The position numbers and the translations under genes are program-made. DNA of 63,782 nt, counting the filler, from Aduncisulcus paluster (taxonomy: Eukaryota), in assembly GCA_024181965.1 (NCBI GenBank). It is 8 parts of 8 records of this genome, joined end to end, with 100 filler letters (N's around TTAATTAATTAA, not from the genome) between each part and the next. Parts side by side here need not be neighbours in the genome. Positions count along the whole stretch, not along the records: positions 24,896 to 38,308 come from BQXS01012684.1; positions 38,409 to 42,249 come from BQXS01012685.1; positions 42,350 to 49,273 come from BQXS01012686.1; 5 more parts are not named here. One strand, written 5' to 3'. Within the stretch, counting starts at the first letter, position 1. Every line of letters begins with the position of its first letter. Below the pieces are notes generated by a model that was given only the letters and a program-made list of their open reading frames with translations, was not told where the DNA came from and searched no databases. Of the stretch, positions 35,504 through 47,368 are shown in pieces.

Positions 35504-38308
35504 ATGCCACCATATACAGCGAGATTGGCAGGTCAATTACTGGATCCCGCTGTTTCTACCTCCCAAACCAAACCACTCCCAAAACGGAGTAAGGGAGGAC
35601 CCATATGTGTACCTTATTTTGTAATGCTCCCAGGCTATGTTTTTTCTGTAAAAAGATATGGCAGTTTTACTGGAAAAAGAATATATTTATCAAAAGAAGA
35701 AATATTTACGCATAAACTGAATTATAAGCAATCAACCGGGAAAATATTAACTGGAATATCGGCTCATAGTGCTGTTGTTGCGAATCAACAACGAATTCGA
35801 CATGATAGCAAGTTTGAAAAAGCCACAAAAAAGCATATATCTACAACTAATAATATTGATAAAAGTGTCAAAAAGCCCGAGAAAAAAATGTGGCTATCGT
35901 TTAATAAGAAAGAAAGTTCCGCCTCAAAGCCACCTTTATCGATTGAACCAACACCAAAGAAGAAAGATCCTCCTCCCCGTCCATCTTCGCCGAGTCAAGC
36001 ATCTCTTAAACCTATTTCCGCGCAACAAGCAACGGCCAATCTGATTTCTCTTCTATCTCACCTGTTGACAGCTGATCCTAATCTCCTTCAATTCGCTCGT
36101 GATGTTGATGGCTATCCTATCGCTGATATCACCCTTTTGCGACATGGAGAGTGCATTGTTCTCCTAACTGAGAAAGAAGAGAGCCTCGTTCGTCTTAAGG
36201 GTTGGGGTTTCGGGACAAAATGGGCGCAAGTCTGCCACCAACAGACCAGAGGATCATTGTCCCTCCGAAAACATTTTAGTAAGCAGAAAACCAAGAATCC
36301 TGACCATAAAGGTTTATTAGACGACCTTTCATCAACGTATTCAACAGCTTCGTGGGTTGAATGTCTTCGTACTCGTATAGGTATGGAAGAAAAAGAGAAG
36401 AAAGAGGCAAGGGGAAGAATAAGACGTAAACAACATACTATTTGGGAGGACATTACATCTGGTAACGCTCAATATTCATCCTCTTCTCCTTCCATATACT
36501 CTGGCCCAGCTTTGCTGTCATCTTCTGTGAAATCTGATCCATCTCTGGCACCAGTTCACTCTACCACTTATGACAGGGTCAGTATATCCGTTGCAGAGGA
36601 AGAGCGTGGGAAAGCACAGCGGAAAGAGGAAGATCCCAACCCTTTTGTGCATGATTACCATGAACTATCTGCATTTGAGCGTTGTTTTGGCGGTATATTA
36701 AGTTCTCAGACATTAGAAAATGATTCAAGTCAGGTTTTTTCACATGGATTATGTGTTTTATCACAGCATGGACTATTGACGAGTTCCAGGCAGGTCAACA
36801 TGTGTATTAATGACACGATTGTGCAGAAAATGATCAACGAAAAGAGGAAACTCAGGTTACAAGAAGATATAAAGACTGAGCATGATGGGATTTCAGGCCA
36901 TATCGGGATGATAAAAGAAGAAGAAATATCGTTACCGTCTACTGATAATCTATATAGTAGCAATCTGGGTGGAATCCAAACCAATGCTGATATTTCGATA
37001 ACCACAGGAAAACGAAGATTCTCTTCCTTTCCTTCCTCTTCCTCTTCTTCCTCTTCATCTCACGTCAAACAAAGAATGCCAAAGTCATATCTATCTTCTC
37101 TCATTGGTGGACACGTTGGGTTATGTTCTCATCCACTCTTTGAACCGGGAACTTTCGGTTCTAGCCGGGAAGAAGAACAAGACATGGATGATGCTTCTTC
37201 TGGAGCTACTGTTAAAGATGAAGGGATGCCACCGATAGTCGAACAAGGAAACCAATCTCAGGCACCCCAGGCACCCCAGGCACAGCAGCCACAGCTCTCA
37301 CAGCAGAATAATGTCTCTTCTTCATCTTCATACTATCCAAAAGACACCCGCTCACTCACTCAGACTCAGTCAGCCCATGTTAAGAGTGTGTTAACACGTA
37401 GAGCAGAAATGAGAGAGTTATTAATCTCTGGAATCAATAAGGAACGTGAGAGGAAGAAGAATGAAAGTGGAATTGGAGTCACAATTGGTGTGAAGATTGT
37501 CTCCTCTGATGATTCTGGGAAGAGGATTCGTGAGGAAAGAACATCAACGAGAAGATCACTAAGGATTAGGGATGAGAAAATGGTTACGACTCATTCACAA
37601 CCTCCCAAGAAGCATGGAAAAGCTGGCAGCAAGAAGAACAAGAAAGACATTGGGAAGAAAGGAGGCAGTGGGAGTTCCAAATCCAGCGGTTCTAACAATA
37701 TTAACAAGAAGAAACCTCCTCTTCCATCGTCACACGGAAGTACCTCCTCCTCTCATCATACCTCTTCTTCCTCCTCTTCTAAGCCAACTTCCACAGATGT
37801 TACCAACGCTCATGGGAAGTCTGAGGTGTCCTCTTCCACTGTTCCAAGTGATTTTGCTCCCGCTTCTTTCACTTCCAACGGCATGTCGTCTCTCCTTGAT
37901 CAAGATCCACACGCTTCTCCAATGTTTCAATCATTTTCTAACCCAGACCTTCCCCTAGGCGGCTCTGTTCTCGATTCAGGGTCACATGGGCTTATGTTAC
38001 CGCCTCCTTCCAACAGTACACTTGGAAGCAGTGGCCATAAACTCTCTCTCTCCCCCCCTTCTCTTCCCAGTCATTCTCATCGTTGCCTTTCCTTGCCTGC
38101 ATCTCCCCACCACCACCATATTCATAGCAAACAACCTCTCATCCACTCCGCACACGATTCCCAGGTCAAGATTGTGATGGATGGGTTCATATCAGTGCCA
38201 TCGTCACGTCATCCATCACCGGAGCCTTCCTCCTCACTCCTTCTTGGGGATATACGTGGTGAGCATGGCCTTTTGGCCTCGACTTCTACTGGATCTTTTG
38301 GTTCCTTC
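35504..38308 (+). CDS. Large low-complexity protein with a possible KHA/ubiquitin-like segment, 3'-partial
   Basis: ORF over 900 aa; DVDGYPIADITLLRHGECIVL resembles the KHA-type DG..I.DI..IRDGD motif. Confidence 0.7.
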
Positions 38309-38408
38309 NNNNNNNNNNNNNNNNNNNNNNNNNNNNNNNNNNNNNNNNNNNNTTAATTAATTAANNNNNNNNNNNNNNNNNNNNNNNNNNNNNNNNNNNN
38401 NNNNNNNN
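38309..38408. other. Artificial contig linker
   Basis: N-TTAATTAATTAA-N. Confidence 0.97.
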
Positions 38409-39406
38409 TTGAAATCTATGAATATTGTGAATATATCATCGACTTATTGGCAGAAAAGCTACTAGCTTCTGGTTTTCTTCAGTTTGGGTTTTCAAAGTCG
38501 TTCTCACATTCTTCTCTGCTTGCTCGATTGATAAATACTAATTCAGTTTATTATTTGTATATTATTTGTTTTGGTTTGTTATGGTTTGTTTTGTTATGTT
38601 TTACTTTTGTTTTACATTTTAATTCCTTACCAACACGCCTTAGAAATGTAATTCGAATCGTTCACCCCCCCTGTTCGAAACTGCTGGTATTCTCTCTTCT
38701 TGATTGATTTATAATATAAATAATCTATTTATAATATAAATTATATAGTTCCCCCATTCATGATACTGCTGTTCAATTTGAAGATTGACAACCGTTGCCC
38801 TGGTTTAACTAGACTATTTTGACCCTTTACATTCTCTTATAAACTTAATTAGATCCAAAGTTTAGATTCTAAACTATATATCATATGTTTTATTATCATT
38901 TCCCACCCCTTTTCTCATCCCTTTCCCATCTCTCAATGAATTGAGTTGAATTATCCACAGTGATTGTCAGATCCATCATTACCCTCACTTCTCCTTCCTG
39001 CCAACCTATTGATGGAGTATATATCGAAAAGGGGGGCGAATTGATCGAAATGTTAAATTAAATTAACTGAAAATGTTAAATTAAATTAACTGAAAATGAT
39101 GTGGGGTTACGACCGGTCACAAAGAATTGATAATGTTATCGTGATAACAACAAATAAATCGATTGCTTGCAGCTATGCGTGTGGAATGTTGAATGTGGAT
39201 GTATGAAGGTATGTATATGTGCGACTTAGCATTCTTATCAATCAAAAAAATGATTGAGAACAGAATGTCAACAATGAAAATAATATAATATAAATTAAAA
39301 TAATAGATCTAGATCTATAAAATAAATAAAATAAAATAAAATAAAATAAAATAAAATGAAATACCTAAAAATAGACCGTTTGAGAGAGAGAAATAAATCA
39401 AACAGA

Positions 39407-40743
39407 TCAGAACTCATGGACTCCTCCAAAGCACATCTTGATGCCGATTCCAACGACAATAATGTAGAATCCAATGACGACAAATGATTCGGTGAGCTTG
39501 TGAAGGAACTGTGCAGCGGAGATACTTCCAAAGGTTGAGAAAATTCCACAACAGAGAATCATAGGCCACAATCCGTCCATGTCACCTCGTATGGCACGGA
39601 TCAGCACGACAAACGGATTGGCGATTGAGATTGTCGTTTTCGAGACGGCAACACCCAACTCCATGGGGAAATGAGCGATTGAGTTGAGGATAGGGTTATA
39701 AATGACACCTCCACCAAGTCCAAGAACACCTCCAAGAAGACCACCGAGAAGGGCGAAAGGATAAGCTGGGAACACGGAGATACGATAGTCAAACGTCTTG
39801 CCTTTTCCTGTTGTCAAGTGACGGTGATAAATATACTTGCAGTTGCACAGACAGCGGTGAGGAGAAGGATGGCAGCACGTGGGTGCAAAGTCTGGATGCT
39901 CGTGGTCCTCGGCATGGATGATCTCACAACCACTCTCGGACGAAGAGAAGGACATCTCATTGTCAAGGGAAGAGCTGGGGGCTGGGAGGGCATTTGGACT
40001 TGGTTTCTTCGACACGGATGAGGGAGACATGGGAGACGCGGGAGAACAAGAAGCCACAACAGGCTGTCCATCAGAGCCAACAGGTGGAATGCCATCAGAG
40101 CCAACAGGTGGAATGCCATCAGAAGAGGATGATGTCTTCTTTGCACGGCATTTCTTGACAATCTCAGTGACAACTTTGAGAAGGGCGAGGATGATCATGA
40201 GAACACCAAAGCCAAGAGTAACATACGGGGAATTGTCAACCAGAGTGGCAATGTATCCACCTCCGATGGCACCAGGAACAGCACAAGCTGCAAACATGAC
40301 AGCCATCTTCACATCCAAACGTCCCTTAATGGCTTGCATGATGGCACCAGTGGTGGCTGAAAAGAGCATGGTGCCCGCGGAGATGGCTGTGGCTTGATTA
40401 ATGGGGAAGTCCAAGAGAATGGAGAATGTAGGCACGAGAAAGAGGCCTCCACCTACGAAGATAAACGAATAAAGAAAGAGAAAAGAGTAAGTGAAACATT
40501 GAGTAGAAATGGGTAGAAAGGGAGATATAGAAATAAAAAAGAAATATATATATAGATTAAAAATAAGGAGGAAAATATACCAGGAGATATCACCATCAAT
40601 TAATAAGAATCGATTGTTGATTACTAGATCTTGAATAACAGAATGAAGTGGACGAACATACCAACGCCAAAAAGTAAAGAAATAATACCGACGATAAATC
40701 CACAAATACTTGCGCCGATCCAATCGCCTGTCGAAAAGTCCAT
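39407..40743 (-). CDS. TauE/SafE (TSUP) sulfite-exporter family transporter; exons 40662-40743 and 39407-40452
   Basis: Splicing intron 40453-40661 (GTATGT..GTAG) rebuilds LFGVGGGLFLVP; second-half motif GGVLGLGGGVIYNP. Confidence 0.88.
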
Positions 40744-41408
40744 TCTTTGTACAAATCGAAAAATATATCCCATTTTCGTATGCAAGAGGAATATATCTAT
40801 AAGCACGGCGTCAAATGGACAGAAAGTGTATAAAACATTCAGAAATATTTCTTGGCCCAAATATAATCCCTTGAACCGCGGATTAAGATGATTTGAAATC
40901 AACCGTTGATTATCTTCTCTCCACGTGGAATATACCACATGTAAAATGGATATATACATTCAAAGGTGGTTAGAATTGTGGGGAGAGAATTAATAATGAA
41001 CCAACGGTGAGGATTGGGGAATGTGGATTTACGATGGGATCTGATCGTTATATATTCATTTATTTATTTATTTTAGGCTGAAGTAATTAATAGCAGAATA
41101 AAAAAAGCATTAAATGTGCACGGGTTTTGATATTTTAGACATATGATACCAAACAACAACAAACAGAACATTGAAGGGGATTGAAGAGAGAAAAAATAGA
41201 AAAAAATCAAAAAAATCAAAGCAAGGGCAAGAAATCATGAAATAAATGACATAAAATTGTGGACTGAGTTTGATTGGAATGAGAATGGTTTGAGAATGGT
41301 TTGAGAATGTGGCTGCGATGAATTACCACCCGAATCAAATCCCGAACCAAATCCCGAATCATTGCCAAATCATTACCGAATCATTACCGAATCATTGCCA
41401 AATCATTC

Positions 41409-42249
41409 TTATACCTCAATTGAGCATGTGATGTAGCACATTTCATCCATGTAATACACACTGACTCCATCAGCACTCATACCACCTGGAAGCATGAACT
41501 CAATGCCAGCACTCAGGAAATCGTTGATGGCAGGGATCACAACGGTCTTCAGAAGCGTGTCCAATGTGGTCGGAAGAACGTCAAAGAAAGTCAACGATTT
41601 CTTCACACCATCCTTCAAATACTCCACAGTGGGGTCAGCGACAGAAAGAGTGCCCACGGAGCCAGCAATAATGATTCCGTCGTCGGAAGCAGTGTTGGAG
41701 ACAAGGATCTCGCCTGTCCCGGTGATCCCAAGCCCAATCAGAGCAATCTCTTCCTCAGGAACATCAGTAGTGCCACTCTGAGCAACATCAACACGCATGT
41801 CAACCTGAAGGGCAATGGAGATGCCGTCTGCAGCCGTAAAGCCGGCGTACAGGTCGGTGGCCTCAGACTCTGTGGGGACGGAGAAAGAGAGAATGAGATT
41901 CCTGTCGGGAGAGTAGAAATTATCGAGACGGGAGAACATGATGGCACCGAGGGATCCGACGGTGAGTTGCACGGGGGAACCGTCAGGGAGCATGTCATTG
42001 GTCAATGTGATTGCAGAGAAGAATCCTCCATCGTTGTGAGCTGTCAAGAGACTGCTTGGGACAGACGAATCCATGGCAATGTGGATGAACGCATCCGTGG
42101 TGGTAATGTCCGTCAAGGGGGCGATTGGAAGACCATTCACATGAACTTCGGTGGATGGAGTCACTTGTGAGGCAACAAAGACCATCTTGGAACCAACGGA
42201 GAAGTATGAGTTGTTGTCTGTGGACACGACAATGGGGTCGGAAGACACG
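41409..42249 (-). CDS. BPI/LBP-like lipid-binding protein C-terminal half, 5'-partial
   Basis: C-terminus LLKTVVIPAINDFLSAGIEFMLP..V.YMD..CYI resembles BPI-family ends. Confidence 0.5.
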
Positions 42250-42349
42250 NNNNNNNNNNNNNNNNNNNNNNNNNNNNNNNNNNNNNNNNNNNNTTAATTA
42301 ATTAANNNNNNNNNNNNNNNNNNNNNNNNNNNNNNNNNNNNNNNNNNNN
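42250..42349. other. Artificial contig linker
   Basis: N-TTAATTAATTAA-N. Confidence 0.97.
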
Positions 42350-42585
42350 GTGGCGATCCAATCGGGACTGATGATGTAGATGTTGTCAGAGTCGTAACCA
42401 CGGTCGACCAACATGTTGTAGATGTGGTAGATATCAGCCTCCATATTGTAATCGGGCCATTTACCATGAGCGTCATCCATTGACTCCATACCACCGACAA
42501 GAAGGATTGCGTAATTGTCGGCAAGAACAAAGGTTGCAAGGAAAGCAATGAGAAGGAAAGGAACAAGTCTTGTGAAAAGAGACAT
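42350..42585 (-). CDS. Peptidase C13 (legumain-like) N-terminus with signal peptide, 3'-partial
   Basis: Signal peptide then NYAILLVGG..WPDYNMEADIYHIYNMLVDRGYDSDNIYIISPDWIA. Confidence 0.8.
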
Positions 42586-43203
42586 TTTGTGAAGATAGAA
42601 AAGAGATTTGCAAAGAAAAGAAGAAAAGTAGTTCGTTTCTTGAACAAGATAATTGAGGAATCACGAACAACTTAATTCATTGATATCGTATCTTTTTAAT
42701 GCTAATACTTATTTTTTATCTGGAATATATTCAACCATTAAAATAATCGATGGCGCGCGATTTCAAGGTCTGTGTAAATCTGCAATGGAGCAAAAAAATT
42801 GCTCTAAGCCGCATAAAATAGGGATGAAATATAACACAAATAAAACAAAACAATTCACATGGGATTATAACGTGTTGTTTGCAGAAGAACAGACAAACAG
42901 CTTGATGATCATGCCATTGTGGCGGGGAAGTGGAAACAATACATTTAAACAACCATAAATCCGCACATTAAAAAAACAATTTTATTCAAAATAGCCTTCA
43001 TGAGATAAATTATCCCGGGGAATCACCACAGCGCAGAAATGATGATCTCTGGATCGATAAACAGCATTAAACATAATACACCGGTCCGGAATATTCGATC
43101 AAATGATCAGAGATAAAGGAGAAACATCAATTCAGGGGGGATAACACTCTCAAAATGAAGTAGGAAAAGATCAACCATCTGATGGAAAGGTGGTTCAAAA
43201 AAT

Positions 43204-43644
43204 CTATTTCTTTGGCATTTCGTAAGTACTTTCAAGTATAGTCTCTAATTCTGCAACTTTAATTTCAATATCCAACATTCGTTTTGCAATTATCTTCTTT
43301 TCTTTTTCAAATTGTGTTCTAAGCATGTCTGATCCCACGGATAACAATTTTTCAGCTGTTGTATAATCTTTTTTCTCAAGAACAGTTTCAATAGCATCAG
43401 AATATTTAATTGTGGCACTTTTTGGAATGTGCAAAGATGCATGGTAAGCTTTTGTAGCATCAGTCCCAAATAATGAATCAGAATATTCAAGATTCCTTGG
43501 AGAAAATACTGTATCAGATCTTCTTGCATATTCTACGGGAGCTAATTCTTTTTTGTATTTCATTTCTGCCTCATTTGGTTCAAAAGTAACACCACTATTT
43601 CCTAGTGCTGCCCATGATGATATTGTAGTATGTATAGGGTTCAT
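43204..43644 (-). CDS. Hypothetical protein
   Basis: 146-aa ATG-initiated ORF with a coiled-coil end. Confidence 0.6.
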   Translation of the reverse strand: MNPIHTTISSWAALGNSGVTFEPNEAEMKYKKELAPVEYARRSDTVFSPRNLEYSDSLFGTDATKAYHASLHIPKSATIKYSDAIETVLEKKDYTTAEKLLSVGSDMLRTQFEKEKKIIAKRMLDIEIKVAELETILESTYEMPKK

Positions 43645-43888
43645 ATTAAATATTTCGTATAAAATAAATTAAAATTATCTCCAAAAAAACACAATGTTTC
43701 TATTTTGCCAAGAAAAAGCAAAATTCAATTTCTACTTGAGAACAATGCAATTGACTTCAAATTATATTTTAATATGCTCATATAATGTCAAAATACAACC
43801 AATTTGTCAAGATTTATTTTCATAATCTTATCTAGTATTTCGCAAAATCGAATTTTCATAATTTTTCGAAATACGGTAGACTACATTG

Positions 43889-44668
43889 ATGAGCGAGTCA
43901 GAAGAATCCGGTTATTCAAATAGCAGCGAAGATGACGATGATGAATACAGTGGAAGTGACGATGGATCTGAAGAATCCGATGGCAGTGAAGAAGGATCTG
44001 ACGAAGAAGAATCTGAGGAAAACTCAGAAGAAGAAGAGGAGGAAGAAAAGGAAAAAGATAAAAAACCAGTAGATACGGGCCCATCTGTTCCTACAGTTAG
44101 TTTAGCAGGCCTCCCTGGAGATGTCCAGCTCAGACTTGGGAAAAATACTTGTGTGAGTGTAAAACCATTACAAAATGATCCCTCTAAACAAAGTGGTTTT
44201 ATTATATCTATTAAAGATGAAGAAAGTGGTCAGAGTATGACTATTGATATTTCTGGTCTCCATTGTTCTGTGCAATATGAAAAGCCAGAATCTATGGAAC
44301 CACCGCATTTATTTGAACATGACGAATTGAGTGCTGGCGAGAATCCTGTTGGTGGAGCACTTTATCCGCAGCAACCGCAGCAATACCCTCATCAACAGTA
44401 TCCTCCATCATCGATGCCTGGTCAAGGATATTCTCAAGTTCCAGGATATCCTCCTCAGAGTCATCCTAGCTATGGAATGCAAGGGCAATTCTATCCCCCT
44501 CCCTCACATCCCCATCCAGGACCTCCTCCACAGCCAGGTCAAGGATCCATGCCCCTACGAGGCCAGAGCCACCCTCCTCCTCAATCTATGTCTGATATAT
44601 ATGGTCACCAACACCAGGCTCCCGTTGAATCACTCTCTCAACAACTTGAGAAAGTTCTCCTTCGATAA
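43889..44668 (+). CDS. Hypothetical protein with acidic N-terminus and Pro/Gln-rich C-terminus
   Basis: 259-aa ORF from ATG 43889. Confidence 0.7.
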   Translation: MSESEESGYSNSSEDDDDEYSGSDDGSEESDGSEEGSDEEESEENSEEEEEEEKEKDKKPVDTGPSVPTVSLAGLPGDVQLRLGKNTCVSVKPLQNDPSKQSGFIISIKDEESGQSMTIDISGLHCSVQYEKPESMEPPHLFEHDELSAGENPVGGALYPQQPQQYPHQQYPPSSMPGQGYSQVPGYPPQSHPSYGMQGQFYPPPSHPHPGPPPQPGQGSMPLRGQSHPPPQSMSDIYGHQHQAPVESLSQQLEKVLLR

Positions 44669-45514
44669 TTCATCATCATTATAGTCCTTATCCCTATGTG
44701 TTGTTGTTTGTGGAAATCCAAATAGTCCAAATAAGTCAAACTCCAATAATAGATCAATATTTCTCACATATTACGTTCAATTCAAAATTTATTCAATGAA
44801 AAAATGAATAATAATCTTATTCCCAATTTTGAAACCAGAAGAAATTATCACGACCATCTTCTCCAAGTGGCTAAAAATAGAAACAGCAAAAATTGAGAAT
44901 AATAGTATACGATAAAAAAAAAAAACAAAAGAATAGAGAGAGAGAAGACGAGGAAGAAGAAGAAATAGAAAAAAAAGAGAGAAATGCAACCTTTTAATTA
45001 AATTGAATTTCGGCGAATACATACGATTTTACAACATTTGTGGGGTCAACAACTTTTTAATTTTTGGTCCGAAAGACTATAAACTTCAAAATCATATGCA
45101 TTCGATCAATGATCAAGTCCAAGATATAAAAACGATAGATCTATAGAAAAAATGTCAACACATTTTTAAAAATAGAAAATAGAAATAAAACGAAATAATA
45201 GAAATAATAATAATATATTATGATATATATTGATTAATATAGCAAATCAAATCGAAAAAGACCCCAAAAAGATGAGAGAACCATCCAGTCAAACAACGGT
45301 AGATCGTGGAATTATGTCAAACAACACACAGAATATAGAAACAAAAGACAATAAAGCATAATAATAACAATAATAATAATTAAAAAAAAAAGTAATAACG
45401 TGTATTCTCCAAGAGAATCGAATATATAGAAGAGAAACAAACAAAAATAACAAACAATAAAATGTAAGTACCAAAAAGACTATCTCATATTCTTCATGTT
45501 TGTATGTGAGAAAG

Positions 45515-47233
45515 TTATAAATATAGAACAGCATCATTGGATGGATCCATTACCCAATCAACAAAACCAGAGATAAGCTCAACACAGTAAAATCCATGTG
45601 CCCAGACGAAATTATGGGTGCACTTATCCACCGCACAATCTCTATAAATACCAATCGTTGAAGTGGCCGCATATGCTTGCATTTGCAGGTATGATTGTTG
45701 TTGCTTGATTGTAAAATATGTACAATCATCACTATCTTCGTCTATTCCTCTGTCGGCACAAGTGTCTTGCAGCCCCGCACCGATGACAAGAAGAGGAATA
45801 TCGGTTTGATTGGCAACGGTCCACGTGTCGGAGATCTCAAGCCCATGGGAAGATTCCCAGTCATAATCGATGATTGCCTTCAACTCGTTGTACTGTGTGT
45901 ACCAATTCTCTGCACGGTGGAAAGTGAAGAGGTAATAAGACTTAAGATCGGACGGTTCATAGGTATCGGCCTGAACATCGAACATGGAATCAGAGGGACT
46001 GTTGTTTGAGACGAACCAGCCACTTCCAAGAGGAGCGAACCAGTTAATGACATTGATAAGCTCATCTCTGTCTTGCAATCCATGGTCCTCAAATTCCACA
46101 GGATCAGCCATCCCTCCAGCCTCTGCCCATATCATCTCAATGTTACATTCACCTTTGAAGCAATACACATCGAGGAGGAGCACCCCCTTAATATCATCGG
46201 GATAGAGTCGATGTGTCTGAAGAGAGATATCTCCACCATCTCCGTGGCCAACAAGGACATATCCATTATCATTTTGTGCCTCACCAGCCTCGATGGCAGC
46301 CATAAGCATATGGGAATATTCATCGGGGTCAATATTGGCACCCTCGTTGATATACGGATTGAGCTGAGAGAATCCAAAGCCAGGACGATCGTACACACAC
46401 ACATTGATGCGAGGATGATAGGATGTCATGAGATCCTGGATCTCACGGAATTCAGCGGCAGAGTTCCCATTACCAGAGTGGTTAAGAATAACTGTTGGAG
46501 CATCGTCATATTTATCACTTCCCTCTATCGCGTCGTCATTATATTGCCCATCCTGATAGCAACTAAAATGGACTTGGATATTCTTGACATCATCCATGGG
46601 AGAACCGTCAGAATTATACCGAGCTGGAACAGAGACAACGTGAATGGAGAAATTTTCAATATCGTCATGGAGGGCAAGACACATCTGAAGCGTCAACATA
46701 ATTGAACAAAGCAGAGCGACCAAAAAGATAATTACATGAAGAATTGAAAAGCATTTCACTCCACACGATTTTGGAACGGCTTCTTCAGTAGCTAAAGGTT
46801 TTTTCCTAAATATCATGCACATTATTATGACTAAAATGAAAACGGACAAGATCAAGGAAGAAACTCCACTGGCATTATAAGGAAACACAGAACCACATAA
46901 GAAGGAGGAAATAGAAGTAATAAAAAAGGCAATAGCACTAATGACAAGGAACAAAATCTGCCAAGACCGCCCTTTCTTTGAAAAATTGAAATAAATTGAA
47001 AATGGGAGTTCCAGAGCATAGAAGACACCCAAAATCAAACACCAATCCAATTCGATAGGAGAAGACTTGGAACGAAGCAAGGAGTTATCAGAAATAGAAA
47101 AAAGTAAAGTAAAAAACAAGACAACTATTGATGGAATAAATAACAAAAGAACTCGAACACTTGGAGAACAGGAACTTTTCTTTGATGAGGACATAATTTC
47201 ATCAAGTAAACTAGCATGCTCATTGACGACCAT
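45515..47233 (-). CDS. Membrane-anchored alpha/beta-hydrolase-fold protein
   Basis: About five N-terminal TM segments; VCVYDRPGFGFS, VLVGHGDGG, YPDDIKGVLLLD, IPLLVI, CTHNF. Confidence 0.85.
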   Translation of the reverse strand: MVVNEHASLLDEIMSSSKKSSCSPSVRVLLLFIPSIVVLFFTLLFSISDNSLLRSKSSPIELDWCLILGVFYALELPFSIYFNFSKKGRSWQILFLVISAIAFFITSISSFLCGSVFPYNASGVSSLILSVFILVIIMCMIFRKKPLATEEAVPKSCGVKCFSILHVIIFLVALLCSIMLTLQMCLALHDDIENFSIHVVSVPARYNSDGSPMDDVKNIQVHFSCYQDGQYNDDAIEGSDKYDDAPTVILNHSGNGNSAAEFREIQDLMTSYHPRINVCVYDRPGFGFSQLNPYINEGANIDPDEYSHMLMAAIEAGEAQNDNGYVLVGHGDGGDISLQTHRLYPDDIKGVLLLDVYCFKGECNIEMIWAEAGGMADPVEFEDHGLQDRDELINVINWFAPLGSGWFVSNNSPSDSMFDVQADTYEPSDLKSYYLFTFHRAENWYTQYNELKAIIDYDWESSHGLEISDTWTVANQTDIPLLVIGAGLQDTCADRGIDEDSDDCTYFTIKQQQSYLQMQAYAATSTIGIYRDCAVDKCTHNFVWAHGFYCVELISGFVDWVMDPSNDAVLYL

Positions 47234-47368
47234 TTGAGTTGTTTTAAAGCAAAACGGGACTTGAAAAAACAATTTTCTTCTATGTGAATTGTTTCAAATT
47301 GGAAGATAATATAATAATCCTTTCATAAAATAATCGTAAAAAAATAAATTTATTCTATTTTTACCTGT

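Noticed and set aside
39048..39097. 23-bp direct repeat AAATGTTAAATTAAATTAACTGA
   Set aside because: Simple local AT-rich duplication with no further structure.
41270..41410. Short repeats (CCGAATCATT, TTTGAGAATGG) resembling a CRISPR or telomeric array
   Set aside because: Degenerate minisatellite in a 3' flank; no unique spacers and no cas genes.
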